DNA of 64,000 bases from Yuukianura sp. NJ FZ-2021 (Eukaryota): contig CM102289.1 in NCBI GenBank assembly GCA_046563655.1, forward strand, positions 4,092,001 to 4,156,000, given 5' to 3'. This document shows, piece after piece, positions 12,779 through 26,101 of this stretch (position 1 is the first letter of the stretch; every line of letters begins with the position of its first letter). The translations under genes and the position numbers were made by a program. The notes below the pieces were generated by a model. That model ran no database searches, was not told the DNA's origin, and saw only the letters and a list, made by a program, of their open reading frames with translations.

Positions 12779-13860
12779 TTGTAAGAATTTGTTTTTCAAA
12801 ATTGACAAGAATTATAAACCTTTAATACTGAAACACTATATTTAAACACAGTCCACTTGCATCCGCACTACTGCACAATTGAGTTTCACCAATCGCTGTA
12901 TCTGCTGATAAAGCCAGAAGAAAACTTTCGGTTATAGCAAAAAAGAAACGTGACATGTTCCTACTGACTGTAGTTTTCATCTATTTTGATGAATTAGTTG
13001 CCAAGGTCAACTTTTTCAAGTGTAAATGACGGCGAATTCTCAGTTGTGTACTTGAAACCAAAAAAAAATCTACACGAACGTCCCTATAGCCAGCCGTATA
13101 GTTATGACTATTTTCATCCGATCTTTACAAATAAACCACTGAAAGAAACTACACAAAGGAAATTACAGTAGTGAATAACAAAAATCTATAACAAAACTGT
13201 TCCACGTTTTTTCTTCAATTTAACTAATTTTTGTCTATTTAACATATGAAGGAATAAATGTATCTTTCCATTTTGTCATTTATCTAAATCTGTTCTAACA
13301 TTCTAGAAATGTTTCAACTATAACCGAAACTCCTGTAAAAATTTATTTTTCAGACATTTGCGCAGAATAAAATTAGGAAGTTTTGAAACAAGAAGTGGCT
13401 TCATGGGTTATTTTTTTCCACACGTCGATACTTTAAGATAGGACGCTAAAATGATTAAAAAATGTAAGAAATTTACAGAGGAGTTCAATTTGCCTGATGG
13501 AATAGTTTGTATTGTTTACGCCATTATGTCATCCTTCAACAAAGAAAATTATGTATAAGTCCTTTAAGTGACTGGCAACGCTTCGGGGTAACAAGTTTTT
13601 CAGTTTTAACAACAGTTTTCATATCTCAAGTTTACTGTACACATTTGTCACTCTGCAAAAAAGTTGGTTGTGCTTAATTGAATTAATGTTTGGTTTTGGG
13701 GTGTTACTTTGTTGAAGGTCCAGTTGACCGAGCTAGTTCTTTTTAATCTAGTATTACTTTTTGTTGAAAAAAAACATAGATCCTTTGTATTTGAAATTCG
13801 AAATGGAATTATCATTAGTCATTTTCTAGAAATCGTTCGACAGAGTAGACGGCCAGTAAA

Positions 13861-15309
13861 ATGAAAAACACAAGCCTAGGCGTAGAAAACAAATCCAACA
13901 GAGTTACGGAAGCGGAGTTTCACGAACCAATTACAGTTGACGCAGAGTTGGAACTGGCAAGAATTGGCAAGTATGCAATCTTTGGAGTTCAGTTCAGCGC
14001 TTACTTGGCGCTTGGAGCAGTCAAAGGGAAACTTTCTTGCAAGTGTTTCATACTTCCAGTTTTTGTGCAATGTTTCGTGATCGCTACCAACTGGGCCTCT
14101 CTCTTCGTAATGGTTTTAAACAGGGACGAGGCAGCAGTTGTGTTGAGCAACTTCAGTCAGACTGAGCAACTAATGATAAAACTTCAGTCATTTCTTGCTT
14201 GCTCGATTTCCGCGTACCTTCGAATTTATGCATTCTGCATCCGGAAGTCTACTTTTAAATTTTGGATTAGAAACGCAAGTATGCTTCACGAATTTTTGGT
14301 CTGTCAAAGGACCAGAACATCATTAGAGTTAAATTTGGCTGGAGCTACGCGCTCCAGTCGAAATTCACTTATCATTCTATTCATCCTTATTGCTGCCACT
14401 GTAGTTACTTTGGTAGTATTTAATAGTAGCTTTATGAGCTTCAGTAATAACTTAATAATTTTGGCTCAGTGCGTAATCACCGTGTTTGTCACGGGTCATG
14501 CCGTTCAGAACATTTGGATGTGCTTTTTTCTAAAAATATACAACGCCCTCTTTTGTCATCTTCAAAATCAGATTCGCGGAATCAACCCAAAGCGGTGCAA
14601 GACTAGGCTGGTGCGACAGGAACTTATGCAAGAAATTATAAAAATCGAAGCCGAACTGCACCGATGTTACCAACTGTATTTGGAGGTCGACGAACAAGTT
14701 AAAGATTTCTGTGCTCATTTCGGATATCGTTTAGTTGTTGACTGTGTGTTCAGCTTCCTCAACATTATTTCAGGCTCGTTCGTTTCGCTTCAATGGGGAT
14801 ACAACCCCAACTTTAAGTTCCACGAGTACGTATGTATCCTGTTCCAGGCGTCAATTTTCATCCGATCTTTGTACAGCATTTGCACAGAGGCAAGCAAAAT
14901 TTCATCAGAATCAGCGGCAATTGGAAAAGAGTTGCATAGCCTCTACGCCGAGATCGGAAGTCGATTGTCATTCAAAGGTCACCAAGAGTTTCAAATGTTC
15001 ACAGCAAAAATAAGCAGTGACCCACCACGTATTGACGGAGGCAACTTCCTTACACTCAGCAGACACCTACTCACTAGTGTAAGAAACATTTTGTTGGTAT
15101 AACATTATATTTGACTAATATTTTGATTTTCGCTCCAAAGAATTCCTGTGTTGCAGAAGGAATGGTCCATTATAACGTTTCGTTTACGCTTGTTTCAGAT
15201 CCTTTCAACTGTATTTACGTATTTGATAATTTTGTTCCAATTTCGAGCTGCTGAAAACAAGACGATGGGATCAGATTACAAGCCAAACGAAGAAGCAAGA
15301 CATCGATAG
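13861..15309 (+). CDS. Gustatory receptor paralog 2; exons 13861-15078, 15199-15309
   Basis: Paralogous to 4035-5611; TYLIILFQF in exon 2. Confidence 0.9.
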
Positions 15310-15387
15310 GCTGCATAAAAAAATATTACAGCACTTTAAGTGGTTTATTTACCTTCTTTTCCACAGCCCACAATATACCAGTTAGTT

Positions 15388-16103
15388 AAAATTCCCAGGC
15401 GTTAGACGCCGTGATCACTAGTGCGGTGAAATTATAAGAGCGCGTCTCGACAGCGCAAATTCCTTCTGTTCTAAATATTGAGAACGAGACGTGTTGTGGT
15501 CTGTAACCAATAAAATCCGTCCATTTCAAAATTCTCAGGCGTTAGACGCCGTGATCACTAGTGCGGTGAAATTATAAGAGCGCGTCTCGACAGCGCAAAT
15601 TCCTTCTGTTCTAAATATTGAGAACGAGACGTGTTGTGGTCTGTAACCAATAAAATCCGTCCATTTCAAAATTCTCAGGCGTTAGACGCCGTGATCACTA
15701 GTGCGGTGAAATTATAAGAGCGCGTCTCGACAGCGCAAATTCCTTCTGTTCTAAATATTGAGAACGAGACGTGTTGTGGTCTGTAACCAATAAAATCCGT
15801 CCATTTCAAAATTCTCAAGCGTTAGACGCCGTGATCACTAGTGCGGTGAAATTATAAGAGCGCGTCTCGACAGCGCAAATTCCTTCTGTTCTAAATATTG
15901 AGAACGAGACGTGTTGTGGTCTGTAACCAATAAAATCCGTCCATTTCAAAATTCTCAGGCGTTAGACGCCGTGATCACTAGTGCGGTGAAATTATAAGAG
16001 CGCGTCTCGACAGCGCAATTTCCTTATGTTCTAAATATTGAGAACGAAACGTGTTGTGGTCTGTAACCAATAAAATCCGTCCATTTCAAAGTTCCCAGGC
16101 GTT
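15388..16103. repeat. Tandem array of five near-identical 140-bp units
   Basis: AGGCGTTAGACGCCGTGATCACTAGT starts at 15397, 15537, 15677, 15817 (one substitution), 15957. Confidence 0.95.
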
Positions 16104-16787
16104 TTCGACGCTTTTCTCAAGAATTCCAGTTCCCTTGCATTTGGATGAAAGCCGTAATACGTATGTTGGTTGAACAATTACGACATCCGACGGTCGCCGC
16201 CGCCATCTTCAAAATTCACCCAGCCATTTTTTTCGCCGTTTTCATGGGAATTGTATGTAGATCCGTAAAACTTGCCCAAAAGCTGTAATACATAGGTTTG
16301 TTGCTGGCGACAACTGATGGTCGTCGCCGCCATCTTGAAATTTTGTGGAAACTGATTTCACACGCTTTTATGGCATTTTGATACAAATATTTTCAAGTAG
16401 TTGACCATATGATAGATGACATGAAAATATAGCGACAAATTATTGTCAACCGACGGTCGCCGTCGCCGCCGCCATATTGGATGTCGCCCTGAACGCCATT
16501 TTAACAACTCTTCCGAGAGTTGTTTCAAATACCCACCCTAATATTATGAAAACAGTGCTGGGGCACACGAGCCTTACGGTTTTGTTCTATAGCGTACTCA
16601 TGTTTTGTTTCAGGGCGGATTCCGTGAAGCTCTAATTGATTCACCTTTCTCTTTTAATCTTGAATACTTTATTACTTGAAAACAATCGACCACACCTTTT
16701 TAATGCGAAAACTTAAATGAAATCATCCAGCAACTGGAGTTCTTTTCCAGACATCGGTGGATACAGACAGAGTAAACAGGCAATAAA

Positions 16788-18241
16788 ATGAAAGGCAGAA
16801 AACGAGACCTAGAAAGCAGGTCCAGAAAAGTAACTGCAGCCGAGTTTCACAAAACAATCACAGTTGACGCCGAAGCAGAACTGGCAAGAATTGGCAAGTT
16901 TGCAATTTTGGCAGTGCAGTTGCATGGTTACTTAGCGCTTGGAGTGGTCAAAGGAAAACTTTCGTCCAAGTACTTCACGTTTGCGGTGTTTCTGCATTTT
17001 TTCGTCATACTTATCAACTTGACATCTGTCGCACTACTCTATTTGAACAAAGAGGATGCTGCAGTTGTTATGAACAACTTCAGCCAAACTGAGCGACTAA
17101 TAATACAACTGGTGTCATTCCTTACTTATATTATTTCTACGTACCTCAGAGTCTACGGATTATGCATACGGAAATCCACTTTAAAATTCTGGATTAGAAA
17201 TGCAAACATGCTTCACGCCTTTTTGGTCTCTCCGAAGACCAAAACATTATCCGGGTTAAATTTGTCAGGAGTTATGCGCTCCAGTCGAAATTCACTTATT
17301 ATATCAGTTACCCTAATTTGTGCTACGATTGTTACTTTGCTAGCGTTTAATACAAGCTTTATGAGCGTCAATAATAATTTACTAATTTTGGCTCAGTGTT
17401 CCAGTACTGTGTTGGTCACTGGCCATGCCCTGCAGGGTATTTGGATGTGCTTTTTCTTAGACATATACAGCTCCCTGCTTTGTCATATTAAGAAGCAGTT
17501 TCGCGGAATGAATCCAAAGCTGTGCGCAAATTCGCTGGCACAAGAGGAACTTACATTGGAAACTGCCAAGACAGAAGGCGAGCTGCGGCGATATTACGAA
17601 CTCTATTTGGACGTTGACCAACAGGTTGAAGATTTTTGTGCTCATTTCAGATGGCGTTTGGTTATAGACTGCATGGTCAGTTTTCTCGGCATTATTACAG
17701 GCACGTTCGTTTCGCTTCAGTGGGGATACAACACCAATGTTCAGATCCACGAGTACGTGGGCATAGCCTTTCAGGCGACAATTTTCATCAAATGGATGTA
17801 CAGTATCTGTACGGAGGCAAGTAAAATTTCAACAGAATCGGCGGCAATTTTAAAAGAATTGCATAGGATCTACGCCGTGATTGGAAGTCGCATGTCATAC
17901 CAGGGTCACCAGGCGTTTCAAATGTTCGTTGCAAAAATAAGCAACGATCCACCTCGTATTGATGCAGGCAACTTCCTTACAGTTAGCAGATACCTACTTA
18001 CTACTGTAAGAAAAAATTTGTTGAGTATAACATTGTATTTGGTTAAGATTTTGATATTCATTACAAGTCTATATTGCGTGAGTCGCGTAAGAAATGGTAC
18101 AATATAACGTTTCTTTTACGCATGTTTCAGATTCTCTCAACCGTATTTACGTATTTGATAATTTTGTTCCAATTTCGAGCTGCTGAAAATCCGACGATGG
18201 GGCCAGATTGTAAACCAAACGACGAATCAAGACACCGATAG
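16788..18241 (+). CDS. Gustatory receptor paralog 3; exons 16788-18005, 18131-18241
   Basis: Paralogous ORF; TYLIILFQF in exon 2. Confidence 0.9.
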
Positions 18242-18276
18242 GCTGCATGAAAAACTATTGTAAGCACAATTTATTT

Positions 18277-18839
18277 CGTAGCACGTCATTACATCAGATC
18301 AATTACGTAAGTGACAATTATATAAGTGACAAAGACATCAGTGTCAATTACATCAGTACTACAAACACATCAGTAGTACAATTACATCCAAAGCATTTAC
18401 ATCAGTGACAATTACATCAGTGAGGCAATTACATCCAAAGCATTTACATCAGTTATCAAGTTACAACACAAGTGGTTCTAGTTTTGCGCGCCGAAGGCGC
18501 GGTGTTAGGTTTTCTAATGTTCGCAATACGGATTACGTCTCGCAGGTTTAGAATTTTTCAGAATTTTACTTTAATTACTCATGTTAGGTTAGTAGTAGCC
18601 AAAATTTTAAAAGTAATTAATTTTAGAAGCTTTATTATTTAAATGAAATTGTCTAATACCAATATGATATAATTGCTCTTGATGTAATTGTAGTACTGAT
18701 GTAATTGTCACTGATGTAAATGCTTTGGATGTAATTGCACTACTGATGTGTTTGTAGTACTGATGTAATTGACACTGATGTCTTTGTCACTTATGTATTT
18801 GTCACTTACGTAATTGAACTGATGTAATGACGTGGAAGC
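18277..18839. mobile_element. Foldback/MITE with ~150-bp sub-repeated TIRs and 8-bp TSD
   Basis: CACGTCATTACATCAG... at 18282 mirrored by ...CTGATGTAATGACGTG ending 18834; ATTTATTT on both flanks (18269-18276, 18840-18847). Confidence 0.8.
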
Positions 18840-19620
18840 ATTTATTTTACCTTGTTTTCCATAGTTCATTATATTTCATGTAGTTAATCTTACATATACA
18901 AAAATTATAAATTTTCGCAACCACGCTTATATAGGTGTGTGGGCTAAAGTGCACTAAATTAATTTGTTGGTAGCTATTAAAATAAAAAACAATTTGCTTT
19001 TCCTAAACAAACGTAGCATAGTGTATTTTAGTGTCGTTGGATTCATAAACTCCGACCAAATACACTCTATTTGGCATAGACTCCGCGCCGGATTATCCCA
19101 CACAGATCTATTTGCGCATGCCCAGAAAGCCACAGACCCCTACCGAACCGCTACAGGTAAAACCAATTATTCACTTACAGCAAATTTTCAGTTAATGATA
19201 CAGCAGGTAGTATGGTATAAGACGAGAATCTTCTGAAACGGGCAAACTTGAGGATTACGTAGCCTAATCAACTAATTAAAAGCTTTCCCTTGGTTCGCTG
19301 GTTTATGAGATGTAATCACTTATACACAGCCTTTATATTTCAAGCGTTTTGTTCAAGTCAATTGACCGTGCAAGCTCAATCATGAACAAAGTGCTCAGGG
19401 CACATGTGTCACTAGTTGGAAATTGGCGTACTCATGTTTTGTTTTAGGGCGGTATTCCAGGGAAGCTCTAATTGATTAAACCTGTTTTTTTAATCTTGCA
19501 TACTTTCTTTGGAAAAAATAAACCACGCCCTTTCAATGTGGAAATTGGAATTAAATCATCTTGGCACTTGAGTCCTTTCTCAGACATCAGTGGACACGGA
19601 CAGAATAAACAGACATAAAA

Positions 19621-20985
19621 ATGAAAGGCACAACTAGAGGCGGAGAAACCAAACCCAAAGACGTTACAGAAGCAGAGTTTCACAAACCAATAGTTGACGC
19701 CGAAGCAGAACTGGCAAGAATTGGCAAGTTTGCAATTTTGGCAGTGCAGCTGAACGGTTACTTACCACTGGGAGTTGTCAAAGGGAAACTTTCCTTGAAG
19801 TACTTCACACCAGCGGTTTTTGGGCATAGTATCGTGATACTTATCAACGTGGCATGCCTCGCAGTACTTTCTTTAAACAACGACGATGCCGCAATTGTGT
19901 TGAGCAGCTTCAGTCAAGTTGAGCGACTTCTAATACAACTGGTGCCAGCGCTTACTTACATCATTTCTACGTTCCTTAGAATTTACGGCTTATGCATACG
20001 GAAGTCCACTTTAAAATTCTGGATTAGAAATGCAAACATGGTTCACTGCATTTTGGTCTGCCCGAAAACCAGAACACTATCCGGGTTAAACTTGTCAGGA
20101 GTTATGCGCTCCGCTCGAAATTCAGTTATTATATTTGTTTTCCTCATTTGTGCCACGATTGTTACTTTGCTAGCGTTTAATACAAGCTTTATGAGCGTTA
20201 ATAATAATCTACTAATTTTGGCTCAGTGTTTCAGTACGGTGTTGGTCAACGGTCATGCCCTGCAGGGTATTTGGATGTGCTTTTTCATAGAAATATACAG
20301 CACCCTCCTTGGTCATCTTAAGACCCAACTTTGCGAAGTGAATCGAAAACTGCGCGGAAATACTCTGACACAAGAGGAACTTACAATGGAAACTAGGAAG
20401 ACAGAAGCCGAGCTGCGCCAATATTACGAACTTTATTTAGATGTTGACCAGCAAATTGACGATTTTTGTGCTCATTTCAGATGGCGTTTGGTTATAGACT
20501 GCATGCTCTGTTTCCTCAACATTATTGCAAGCACTTTCATTTCTCTTCAGTTTGGATACAGCGCAAATCTTCAGCTTCAGGAGTACGTGGGTATAGTTTT
20601 TCAGGCGACAATTTTCATCAGATGGATGTACACTATTTGTACGGAGGCAAGTAAAATTTCAGCGGAATCGGCGGGAATTGCAAAAGAGTTGCATAGAATA
20701 TACGCCGTGATTGGAAGTCGCATGTCATATCAGGGTCACCAATCGTTTCAAGTGTTCTGTGCGAAAATAAGCAGCGATCCACCTCGTATTGATGCAGGCA
20801 ACTTCCTTACAGTCAGCAGATACCTACTTACTACAGTAAGATGTATTACGCTAACTGTAACTTCGGTGCATCGATGTAACAATATTATCATAATTTCGTT
20901 TTTACATTTCTGTTTTCAGATTCTCTCAACCGTATTTACTTATTTGATAATTTTGGCTCAGTTTCGAGCTGCTGAAAAAGGGTGA
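19621..20985 (+). CDS. Gustatory receptor paralog 4; exons 19621-20835, 20920-20985
   Basis: Closest to paralog 3; TYLIILAQF; 84-nt stop-free intron. Confidence 0.9.
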   Translation: MKGTTRGGETKPKDVTEAEFHKPIVDAEAELARIGKFAILAVQLNGYLPLGVVKGKLSLKYFTPAVFGHSIVILINVACLAVLSLNNDDAAIVLSSFSQVERLLIQLVPALTYIISTFLRIYGLCIRKSTLKFWIRNANMVHCILVCPKTRTLSGLNLSGVMRSARNSVIIFVFLICATIVTLLAFNTSFMSVNNNLLILAQCFSTVLVNGHALQGIWMCFFIEIYSTLLGHLKTQLCEVNRKLRGNTLTQEELTMETRKTEAELRQYYELYLDVDQQIDDFCAHFRWRLVIDCMLCFLNIIASTFISLQFGYSANLQLQEYVGIVFQATIFIRWMYTICTEASKISAESAGIAKELHRIYAVIGSRMSYQGHQSFQVFCAKISSDPPRIDAGNFLTVSRYLLTTVRCITLTVTSVHRCNNIIIISFLHFCFQILSTVFTYLIILAQFRAAEKG

Positions 20986-22407
20986 GAAGCTCAAATCCAA
21001 TCCTGATCGAAGAAGAATGCGTAGTAAATGTGCTTCATGAAGGTGTGAGCACAACTTGCAGTTAAAAATTAGTTTAGTTTTCCTTTTCGAAGCCCTTATG
21101 TTAGTTATGCGTAAACAAAAATCAGTCAGTGTTGTTCCTAAGTTGTTGTACACATACGTTGTTGTACAAGAAATAGAAGAATGGCTTAAGGTTAATAATC
21201 AAAAAAAATCTTCAACAAATCATGTTGTTCAACAACATATGTAATGTCAACGGAATTGGCGTCCAAATTATTGCTACTAAAATTGTTTTAACTTATAACA
21301 TTAACAACTGTTAAAACTTAAAAATATAAATAAACTATAAAATAAAAAATCCATTCCAAAGAATTGCTCTTTATCAAATCAAACCCTTGCCTTGTTTGCC
21401 GAATGCCGAGTAGAAACCAAAACAATATAGAGTTGGGGAAAACAATGTTTTTCGGCTTCACTAATACTGTACTTTACTACGTAGCGTGACCTTAAAAATT
21501 TCAAATTAAAGGTGATTCGAATTGTTGAATCGCTTGTATGACACGTACACGACTCTAACTAAAAGGAATTATTCCAAGGTATGAAACATTTTGTTCCATG
21601 AGTCCAAATATGAAGGTTTTGAGATTTAAACAGTCGGTTGTACCGCATTAGTTGCAGACGATTTCCTTTGTTGCGTGACGGTTCAGGGACATCTCCGGTT
21701 GAAAAATAAAAATGATTGTGTGCAATTCCAACTACATTATAGCTTTCTTTTGTGAGGTCATGTTTGTGCGGTTCCCGTGTCCGTACAATATAATAATACA
21801 AAATAGAGAAATTTGAACGTTATCGGAAAAGCTTGTCTAAGCTCCAAAGTGATAAATTTTCGACCGATCTTCGATTTCAGATCTTAGAGCAATTGGAAAC
21901 TGTGTAGTAGTTTAATAACGGTGCATAAAATTCAGTATGACATTTATTAGAAAGACTTTTAAAGAATTTCAGTCCTGTCAAAAATCAAAAATCCACACGA
22001 GCAACCTTAGAGCAGAATTTTTTATTAATCTGTTTGTCGTTGATACTTTTGTGCTGTCATGGAAACGACTTTAAAAAATATGGATTTTCAATTCGCCTGT
22101 TTTGGTTGCTTGAAAAATATTATTGTCCGGGTTATAAAACCGCCGCTGTCGCTTCATTACGATGTCTTTCAAACTTAGGTAATATTTTGATCTCATAAAT
22201 TACGCCCATTTCCGCATAATACTTTATTGTAACCTACCAAACTTTTGTCAATTTAGGACGGTTTTGTTATGTATATTGCTATTTTTACTTTCATTTGACA
22301 CGCAATTTCAATTTTCTTTATTCTGCTTAGCATTTGCTAAATTAATTAGCTCTTTAAGCCGACATAAAACCATCGTCGCGGTCAGATTTCGGTTTTTCTA
22401 CACCAAA

Positions 22408-23441
22408 ATGACGTCGTTTCTAATCGCCATCAGCGTCGTACTCTCTTTATTCGCTTCTAGCTCAGCTTATGTCACCGTCTCGAGTATTGCCAACACTATC
22501 ATCCCCGGGCCGGGAATTCAAAAAGCGCGAGATATCCAGGAGGGACTTCAACAGTATGTAAGTGTATTTATTTCAGCTCGAGTGGCGGCTCGCATTTTTA
22601 TTAAACTTTGTCATCTTATATAAACTTTAGTTAAATATGTTTAAAAGTTAAATAGTATATCAAATTGTTTACTTTCTCCTTAAAATACAAAAAAAAATCT
22701 ACTTTGAAGGTGAATGAGCAGCGTGCAGCTTTAGTGAAATTGGAAGATGAAATTTCTCAAAAGAATTTTGGACCTTGGATGAAACGTTTGGTAAAATTGA
22801 TAAAAAAAATGATTATTTTTTGTTGTCAAAGAATTTAGAAATTTTATTTTCAGATGGTAGACTTTGAATCTACTGAACACACCTACGTAGCAGGGGATGG
22901 GAAAATGACCAAGTACCAAGTAATGCTGGAGAATGCAAATTCGACTTACAAGCTGGAAAATTTGTTGTACGTGTCGCATGACGAAGGAGTTCAGCACTGT
23001 GCAGATCACTTCAACGGAACATTGCTGACAATCCATTCTACTGAAGAGTCCAGTGACGTCGTCCATTGGCTTTACGTCAAAATGAGGATTCCCGCCAAAA
23101 TTTGGTTGGCGGCAAGCAAGGTAAAGAAGGTTCAACATGATAGCTCCGTCTTCAATGGCGGCTGGAACGCTCCGACCTTCATGTGGGATGACACTCTGAA
23201 GATCATGACTTTTTCAAATTGGCACAGCGGGAAAACGCTTAGCCATGCCCACAGTAATGGATTTGGACCGCAGTGTGAACCAAGTGATAGCGGAGAAAAT
23301 GAAAACTGCATTGAAATGCTTTCGCACTACTATCCATATCCTAGCCGTTGTGAAGTCAAAGCTAAAGCTGGACAGTGGAATGACATTCCCTGTGACAACG
23401 GCACAAAGAACGTCATTGTGTGCAAAAAGATTGTCAAATAG
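22408..23441 (+). CDS. Secreted C-type lectin domain protein; exons ~22408-22556, 22710-22790, 22854-23441
   Basis: Signal peptide MTSFLIAISVVLSLFASSSA; C...GTLLTIHS..E, WLAA, FSNW, EPS, ENC, WNDIPC, VCKK. Confidence 0.85.
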
Positions 23442-23649
23442 ACAGGTTTTGAAAATTTTGAAATAGCGGGAAAATAAAAATAACCTAGATGGTGCTGCAA
23501 TGTCAACATGTAATAAGTTTTTTTTTGACGTTTTTTACAAACGTAAATTGGAATTTTAGCTCAGAATGGCAAATTTTTGACAACGCTGCACTTCAAAACT
23601 TTACCGCTGTTATTAGTTGCTGATTTCGAGTTGTTTTAATTACGATTTG

Positions 23650-23760
23650 CTAAAACGTGAGAATAAGGTTGCAGACATTTTGGAGCACAATGTCTTCTCG
23701 TAGTATGACTGTGATTATAATGTCAATTCCAATCAGAACAAAATTTATGGCTATACCTAG
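23650..23760 (-). pseudogene. Degenerate C-terminal fragment of a 7TM chemoreceptor-like gene
   Basis: Reads GIAINFVLIGIDIIITVILREDIVLQNVCNLILTF*, similar to the end of 25054-25440. Confidence 0.4.
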
Positions 23761-24371
23761 TCCGGGAACCATACGAATTTTGTTGCCACATCAGATGATG
23801 CCAAGGTTGTGGCCATTCCAGATGAATTTGAAATATTATGACTTTTTTTTTGTAATGCAACCATCTTGAAACAATTTCAGAGCATATTTGTAGGTCGTTT
23901 CGGATATTGGTTTTAGAAATAGAATTTATGCCGAATGTTTTGGAAACGGAAGGTTTGGTGTTGTTTCTGGTTGTTGGATACTGTCATGTCATCCTCTTAC
24001 ATTTTTCTAACTTTGACAAACAACTTTACTAAAAAGTTCCTTTTTTTAAGTTTTTTTTTTCAAGAAACCGTGGAAGCAGCGCAGCTATAGTTAAAAATTA
24101 AATATTTCTGTTGTATATTCCGGGAAAGCTACTCCTACCACCTTCATTAGCAAACATTTCAAAGAAATATGAGAACATCCCTCCATTCTACGCTGACGAC
24201 GCTTCTGTTTTAGAAAAATTCTTGAGGTTTTAATTTTTAATTAGAAGATTTAAGCAAGCCTTTTAGAACACGCGAAGAAAAATTTATCTCAAGATTTTAG
24301 GAATAGTCCAATTTATTTGTTATTTTTCCATAATCAAAATTTTCGTATCAAAATACTTTTCTTCTCAGCAT

Positions 24372-24620
24372 TGATTTGTATTTGTATTTTTTGTATTTGT
24401 ATTTATTTCACTTCAAGTACCCTGCATGCAGGCCATTACACTTGAGCTTAAGTTAAGAAAAGATGTGTACATTAGTTAATTAGTAGGTCAATGAAAACAA
24501 ATATTGAAAAAGATAAGTCAATTTAAAAAGAGTTACATTGGTAAAATTAAGATTGAATGTTAAAACTATTTCAGATAAAAGAATTACTTAGCTTAGAGTC
24601 AAGACAGGACATATTTGCTA
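24372..24620 (-). mobile_element. Possible 3' end of a non-LTR retrotransposon
   Basis: Minus strand ends with a stem-loop (CTCAAGTG...CCTGCATGCAGG...TACTTGAA) followed by an (AAATAC)n tail. Confidence 0.35.
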
Positions 24621-25053
24621 GGTTTGAACTTTTTGTATTTTTTTTTCTTCTTTTTGTAACTTTTTGAACTTTGATTGCTGTAAATATTTTAAGAAATATG
24701 GAACAATAGTTCTAATAAGGTATTGGTTTTCAAAAAATTGTAAAGTAGCTTTTTAAAAATAACCACGTGAGCTGTGGTATCAGAACTTAAATGCAACGCT
24801 ACAAATAGAAAATAACGAAGAGGTATAAAATTCAGCAAATTTCAATATCTAAATGTCTTTCGCCATACTAAAAATTAGGTTGGAATGAAAAAGAATAATA
24901 AATTTAACAAACTGCTTTTAGTTTTCCCTTACTTCGTTCAAGGATTTGTGTATTGCACGATTTTAAGTTTATAGGTTAAGGCTAGGTTAACATCAAATTT
25001 CCTAGTTAACATTGCTCTAATATTGTTAGAAAGGCATTAACTAAAAAGACAGG

Positions 25054-25440
25054 TTAGACTGTAAGAATAAGGGTGATGACATTTTGCAGTACAATGTTTC
25101 CAAAAATTGTCAGAAGATAAGCTTTGGTGTCGAAGACAAATTGCCTTCCAACTTCGACTTCAATTGGTTTCCTTGAGATCCAGAATTTTTTGGAGAATTT
25201 CGTACAGTTGCGCAACATAAATTTACCAACATTGATGCACTTTCTAGAATTGTCGTGACACAGAACAGCTAAGGTTATTGCTTCCGTCATAATAAAAACA
25301 ATTACTATGGTAACAACCATTAAAAATAGGATAATTATAAGATACCTGAGATTGAGTAATTTGACAAAAATATAACAAAATGTTATGAGTATTATAATTA
25401 ATATGTACAGAGCAAATTGGAATGTTATATCTACTCATCT
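25054..25440 (-). pseudogene. C-terminal fragment (about three TM segments) of an Or/Gr-superfamily-like chemoreceptor
   Basis: Hydrophobic helices then SRKPIEVEVGRQFVFDTKAYLLTIFGNIVLQNVITLILTV*; no upstream exons recognised. Confidence 0.55.
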
Positions 25441-26101
25441 ACTCTAAATTATTAAAAAATCAGCCCTGGATAATCGCGATTTACAAAAGTAGCTGAAGAT
25501 GACATTGGGCAGGACGTGAACAATTTAATATTTGTGACAATTTTAACAACATTCGTTTCAACGATAGTGACATACTGACGGATGAATACCTTCAGCTAAA
25601 GGGACGTGCCACTCAGATTAAGTAATGCTGCAAGTCTAGAAGAAAGCCACAGACTTTCACTGACCGTTGAAAGTACAATGAAGTCGCGAATCTTATCAGT
25701 CACTTGCGGCAGATTTCCAATTAATAGCGTTGCGAATAACATTAGACAGCAATTTACCGAATCCGACAAAGAGAGTATTACGTAAACCTTCTGCACTTAA
25801 TCCAGTATTGTGGTCCACTGATTGAATTATGACGCACACCCATGTTTGCTTATTGCATGTTTTGCATAATTCACCTAAATATTTCCTAAGTTTCTCTTTT
25901 TCGGCGTATTCATGTTTGGTTGTAAGGTGCGATATTCCAGTGTAACTCTAATTGACTAAGCTTGTTCGTTTGGTCTTACATACTTTTTACTTTGAAAAAT
26001 CACACACCCATTCAACATGGAAATTCGAATGAAATGAGCCTGGTAACTGGTAGTCTTTTTTCAGAAATCGGTCGGCACGGACAGAATACAGAGCAAGTTA
26101 A

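Noticed and set aside
15388..16103. CRISPR-like array
   Set aside because: Whole 140-bp units repeat with no unique spacers; eukaryotic context; no cas genes.
25962..26101. N-terminal extension of Gr paralog 5
   Set aside because: Starts at a TTG and covers sequence matching the putative 5'-UTR intron of paralogs.
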